A stretch of DNA of 63,961 bases, the filler included, from Craspedostauros australis (Eukaryota): NCBI GenBank assembly GCA_030167865.1. It is 14 parts of 14 records of this genome, joined end to end, with 100 filler letters (N's around TTAATTAATTAA, not from the genome) between each part and the next. Parts side by side here need not be neighbours in the genome. Positions count along the whole stretch, not along the records: positions 58,546 to 59,588 come from JALAGF010000040.1; positions 59,689 to 63,961 come from JALAGF010000041.1; 12 more parts are not named here. One strand, 5' to 3'. The notes beneath the pieces were generated by a model that saw nothing but the letters and a program-made list of their open reading frames with translations, searched no databases and was not told the DNA's origin. Position numbers and translations under genes: made by a program. Of this stretch, positions 59,533 to 63,961 are shown piece by piece; the stretch's first letter is position 1; each line of letters begins with the position of its first letter.

Positions 59533-62514
59533 ACTAACCCATCATAGCACAATGGTATAGTTTGCCATTACATTCCCTGTAGATAACANNNNNNNNNNNN
59601 NNNNNNNNNNNNNNNNNNNNNNNNNNNNNNNNTTAATTAATTAANNNNNNNNNNNNNNNNNNNNNNNNNNNNNNNNNNNNNNNNNNNNCATGTCGCAGAT
59701 GCTAACGTGTATTTAACGCGTACCAAACGAACGACAATCCCGGCGTCTATTCCGTGATTGGATACCATACGATAAATGCATGAGAACATNNNNNNNNNNN
59801 NNNNNNNNNNNNNNNNNNNNNNNNNNNNNNNNNNNNNNNNNNNNNNNNNNNNNNNNNNNNNNNNNNNNNNNNNNAAAATAGGATCTATCTCAAAAATGTA
59901 ATGGTTAATTATTTATAAGAAGAGGTGGGAGAATACGATTATATGCTTGGTTTGGATCTACTGAATAAATGTTCTTGAGTCCCGTAACAAAGTGCAGGTC
60001 GACTCACTAAGTTGGCTCATAGACAGAGACATGAGGTGAGACGAGATGAGATAAAGTGGCGACAGATTTGGTTTTGGTCTCGCCTTCTCCGAATTCGCCT
60101 CGTGTCGCGCGTGATGTTGGGCACAAGACCGACTCGGAGAAAAACAACATACGGGCATAGTGACATGCGCAAGCGCAACCAAATCCACGAATGCGATTTC
60201 TTGGTTCGTTGTTCATTCCTCACATGTGGCTGGTATGGTGGAGGCGCAGAACTATCACGGCAGAAAAAGAAGTAAAAAACTCTGCTGCAAACGAAGCGCT
60301 GGGAGCTTTTCACAAAGAATACACGGATGAGTATGTCTCTCTGGCCGCGGCGGCGTTGCCAACTGTGCGTGTTCACATGCACGAGTGTATCGAAGTGAAA
60401 ATCTTCAGAGTATCAGCACTCGCATCTCTGCGCATCACTCCGATCTGTTGTGTTGTTTCCAAACAAGAGACTTCCGGAAGTACACGCGTATGCGTGGCCA
60501 TGTTCGTCACTGCTATCGTGATCATCGTCGCCTCCGCTATGGTCGTGCGATGATAATCTCGAGTGCTGCTTCAAGAGAGAGAGAGATTGCTGTGATAATG
60601 AACTTAAGGAGAGCGTCGGAGAGTAGAATGGAGTGGAGTGAAGCGATGTGGAGTCGAGTCGAGTTGAATGGTGACGACATGCATACGTATTACACGAGTA
60701 GTCGTATAGCACTCGTTCCCTGTGTCTGGCTCGTACTACTCTCATAGTATGGACCACAGGTTGTACAATACCGCAACTCGCTGCGCCACACCACGCCACA
60801 CCATCCTGGCTTCATTTCCATGACCATGTTCTCCTCCATCGCGTTCTCTGTGACCATGTTCTCCATTTGGCACTTCTCCCTTCATCACGCGTTCGCTTTC
60901 GCAATGTTCTTCCTTGAAATTGTTCAATCATTTGCCACTCTTGATCAACACTGTGGCGCTGCGAAGCCATTCAGCGCTTCCGTGGTTGCATGAAACGACT
61001 TCTCGCCGTCCACTGCTCAGTCCCCTGCGTGATGTTGTTTGCCTTTCTCACGAGATGCGGTTAAGGGGTATGGCCAGTGCCCCTCCAGTAGGCACCAAGA
61101 GAAGTCTTGCCGCTGTGCTGATAGCGACCATGTAGTAGAGTCGTCAACTGGAAGGACCGACGAGTACCGTGGTAGGTCTGTGTATTGGAGGAGAAATACC
61201 CTCCCAACATCGTCCACTCACTGAAACGGCATTGGCCGAGAGCACAGCCTGTACCATACTATTATACTGTCGGAGGCTGTACAAACTTCTGTCTCGTTCC
61301 CAGATTTTCTTCGTGACACAAACCAACAAATAGAGCGGACCAAGAAATGCTATTTGCGAAAAGTGGCGTCCAGTTCTGTCTGCGACCACAGAGCCACAGA
61401 GAAATAGAAACCTAGTGGCGATCGTGAAAGCACTGGGCTTGCTCCGCCGGTGGTGCACCAAAGCGCAACTTGTACCAACGAGGTCATCAACGCGAGTGCG
61501 AACGAAACAGAGGAGAGCCCCTCCAATTCACACGAACACCAAACGCACGCACTGACGGCGCTGGAACCTGTCGTCATTGGTTTGGATCGCGCTGGTGGAC
61601 TGCGCTGAAGAGATGAAGGATTGGATGAAAGAACGAGCAAACAAATGAACGAGCAATTCTCCTCCAAATACTCGATTCCACAAGTGGGTGTGCGCACGCA
61701 CGAGCAGAGTAGCGGAGGGAGGAGTGTTCATCTGTCGTTGATGCAACAACAATACCACAGTGTCCATCGCACGCTGTGTCTCAGTGTCTCTCGCTACACG
61801 TGCATGTGGATTTGCGTCTGCGAAGATCACTTCCTTGCCTTCGACAACATCCACACAGCATCTCTCATAAAAAACAATCGACGAACAGATTGTACTCCAA
61901 AGCACAGCATCACCACACAGCAATCGACAAGCATTGGCAGGTGATCACAAGCTTCTCTCCGGCCAAAGCCAGATACAAACCAAAGGTACGTTCCGGGCAT
62001 CGATCAATTGCAGATGGAGGTTTGCAGGATGAATGAATGTCTGCATGGCGAAGAGGCAATGTCAGGAGGATTCGTTCGCAGCACTCGCCCTATCCGACAC
62101 AGCATGCTGCCTCAAGCAGATGCACACATTGGGACAATCAGCATCACCGGCAGCATCTAGGGAGGACGCTCCTACCGAATCAGCTGCCATCGTCATGGGA
62201 GGTGATGCGTATTGATGTCATGCCCCCTCCCACCCTTGTCATTCCGACCATATGCTTGCTTTGTATGTTGGTGGCATATTGTGTCATCGCCTCCAACTCC
62301 GCTCGACTCTGGTCTGCCCAATACACTGCTGCCACGTTCCGCTGCTCTGCCCAACTCAACTCAATCCCACACCTCTCGTATCCCACCGGTACGAGCACTT
62401 TTGCTCCCGTACTTCACACTGCTCTGCTCTACGCTGCGCTGCTCTATCCGTGTCCAACACGAAAATGAATCGCAGCACACAATCCAAGCAACCGACAAGC
62501 AGCAAACAGCAACC

Positions 62515-63961
62515 ATGATCCGCATGATCAACATGAAGGCAGCCATCGTGGCTGTTCTCTTCCTCTCCAACATGGTGTTGACTCACGCCGTGCTCCGTGG
62601 CAACCGGACCCCCGTGGATCCAACCAAGGAACTCCGCACGGCGATGAACAGGATCCGTGCCCTCAAGGTCGGCGCTGATGACAACGCGAAGGCGGCGAAA
62701 CAAAACAAGGCCGAACGAGAGCCTCCCACAGACAACCCGGGTACTCCCGAGACCTCTGCGCCAACAGTGTTGCCGACTGGATCGCCGACTGCTGGACCCA
62801 CGGGTCCTCCGACTGCCTCGCCGACGCATGAACCAACAGGACCGCCGACGGGCCCTCCAGCTGAGATGCCCTCAATGTCGCCTACCACTCAACCAGCGTC
62901 TGACCCAGACTCCTTCGATGCCATCATCGAAGTCGCTTGTAAGCCGGACGGTGACACCGCCCTCACTTTTGCCGAATCCAGCTCCAAGACCATCATCTGC
63001 GATGCCACCAACCCATCGTGCCGCGAGGCGGTGACCGCTGTCAAGGAATCCGCAGAGCTGCAGAACTTCTTCGGTTGCGCTGGAGATCTCGGAGAAGGAG
63101 CCGCGCGCAAGCTCTTCAACAAGTACGCAACGGACGCCGTGCTCGCTGAGCAACTCACGATGATCGCTGCCACCAACGCGATCCTCGTCACCGAACGTCC
63201 GGATGCCATGAACGCAGCATGCGCGGACATCGCCATGATGCAATCGCCTGCGGTCGCAGACCCATGCTGCCAGGGATCTTCGGGGTGCACTTCTGCCGCC
63301 GCCTCCACTTCCAGCTCTCCACCATTCATGACCGTCGCCATCACTGGTTGCACTGGCGACAGCGCATGCAAGAATATCGGGCCCAATCCCCTCATCCTCG
63401 ATTCCTCATGCACTGGCGAGAGTGCATGCGAATCCATGAATGAAAATGATCTCAATCCATCCGTTGTGGGAGTCACCTTCGTGGGTGAAGCCTCATGCAC
63501 CAATCCAGGATCATGCGAGGGAGTTGGACATCGCTCTTACGGCAATGTCGTCGTCCTGGATGCCTCTTGCGTCGGCTCAGATGCATGCAACGCGGCCGGA
63601 CGCCGCAGTCAGCAGAAAACCTCCAACCGTTTCCCAAGCCACATCAGCATTGGACCGAATGCATGCATTGGCATCGATGCCTGCAAGGATACCCATTCCA
63701 CAGTCAATTATGGCACTGCCGGCAAGTACAAAGGGAGTCTGACGATCGGCGACGGCGGTTGCGATCAGGACCGCTCCTGCGAAAAGATTGGTTTCAACGA
63801 CAGGTTAGGAATGGACATCATCGTTGCTCCTGGTGAGTGCAGTGTCGCCGGCACCTGCAGGGGATGCATCACCGCAAAAGACTGCGACAACGGTGGGGCG
63901 TATCTCATCAGCAACACCGATGGAGCTTGCCCCAAGGGAGACAGCAGCTCCGGTGGCAATC
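62515..63961 (+). CDS. Secreted protein: PT-rich linker plus Cys-rich SCxGxxAC repeats; runs off the window end and is absent from the ORF track
   Basis: Manual translation gives MIRMINMKAAIVAVLFLSNMVLTHAVLRG..., PTGSPTAGPTGPPT..., then GCTGDSAC, SCTGESAC, SCTNPGSC, SCVGSDAC, ACIGIDAC, GCDQDRSC and ECSVAGTC, with no stop before the edge. Confidence 0.85.
   Translation, partial: MIRMINMKAAIVAVLFLSNMVLTHAVLRGNRTPVDPTKELRTAMNRIRALKVGADDNAKAAKQNKAEREPPTDNPGTPETSAPTVLPTGSPTAGPTGPPTASPTHEPTGPPTGPPAEMPSMSPTTQPASDPDSFDAIIEVACKPDGDTALTFAESSSKTIICDATNPSCREAVTAVKESAELQNFFGCAGDLGEGAARKLFNKYATDAVLAEQLTMIAATNAILVTERPDAMNAACADIAMMQSPAVADPCCQGSSGCTSAAASTSSSPPFMTVAITGCTGDSACKNIGPNPLILDSSCTGESACESMNENDLNPSVVGVTFVGEASCTNPGSCEGVGHRSYGNVVVLDASCVGSDACNAAGRRSQQKTSNRFPSHISIGPNACIGIDACKDTHSTVNYGTAGKYKGSLTIGDGGCDQDRSCEKIGFNDRLGMDIIVAPGECSVAGTCRGCITAKDCDNGGAYLISNTDGACPKGDSSSGGN

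Noticed and set aside
6804..59644. Regularly recurring palindromic TTAATTAATTAA as a biological repeat or array
   Set aside because: It is always embedded in fixed-length N runs and is a synthetic six-frame-stop contig linker. The ORF endings 'LIN' are artefacts of it.

Overview
Eukaryotic draft-assembly DNA, most likely a diatom. This inference rests on GT-AG introns, bipartite ASAF-type plastid presequences, CoDi-like copia elements and Pro/Thr-rich extracellular proteins. The window is a pseudomolecule of about 14 contigs joined by an artificial N~44-TTAATTAATTAA-N~44 linker, so adjacency across gaps is not evidence of linkage. The gene-dense contig 21932-48749 carries an ARM-like protein, a METTL21-like methyltransferase, a membrane RING/TRAF-zinc-finger protein, RCL1, a plastid PPR-like protein, TMEM14/FAX, a head-to-head pair of long ankyrin paralogs and a PGAP1-like lipase. 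Other contigs carry a secreted 2OG-Fe(II) oxygenase-like gene, a DTW-domain tRNA acp3U synthase, two PT-rich extracellular proteins, copia gag/PR/INT/RT fragments and a MULE transposase fragment. The most interesting signals are four: (1) three uncharacterised proteins with a Phactr-like RVxF-phiphi-(R)-W string, candidate PP1 regulatory subunits; (2) a PDZ-like domain behind a copia integrase; (3) TE inactivation almost entirely through CpG transitions; (4) a family of GGAC[A/G]C-terminated element ends near gene 5' regions. No rRNA, tRNA or CRISPR array was recognised. All calls were made by eye and no searches were run.
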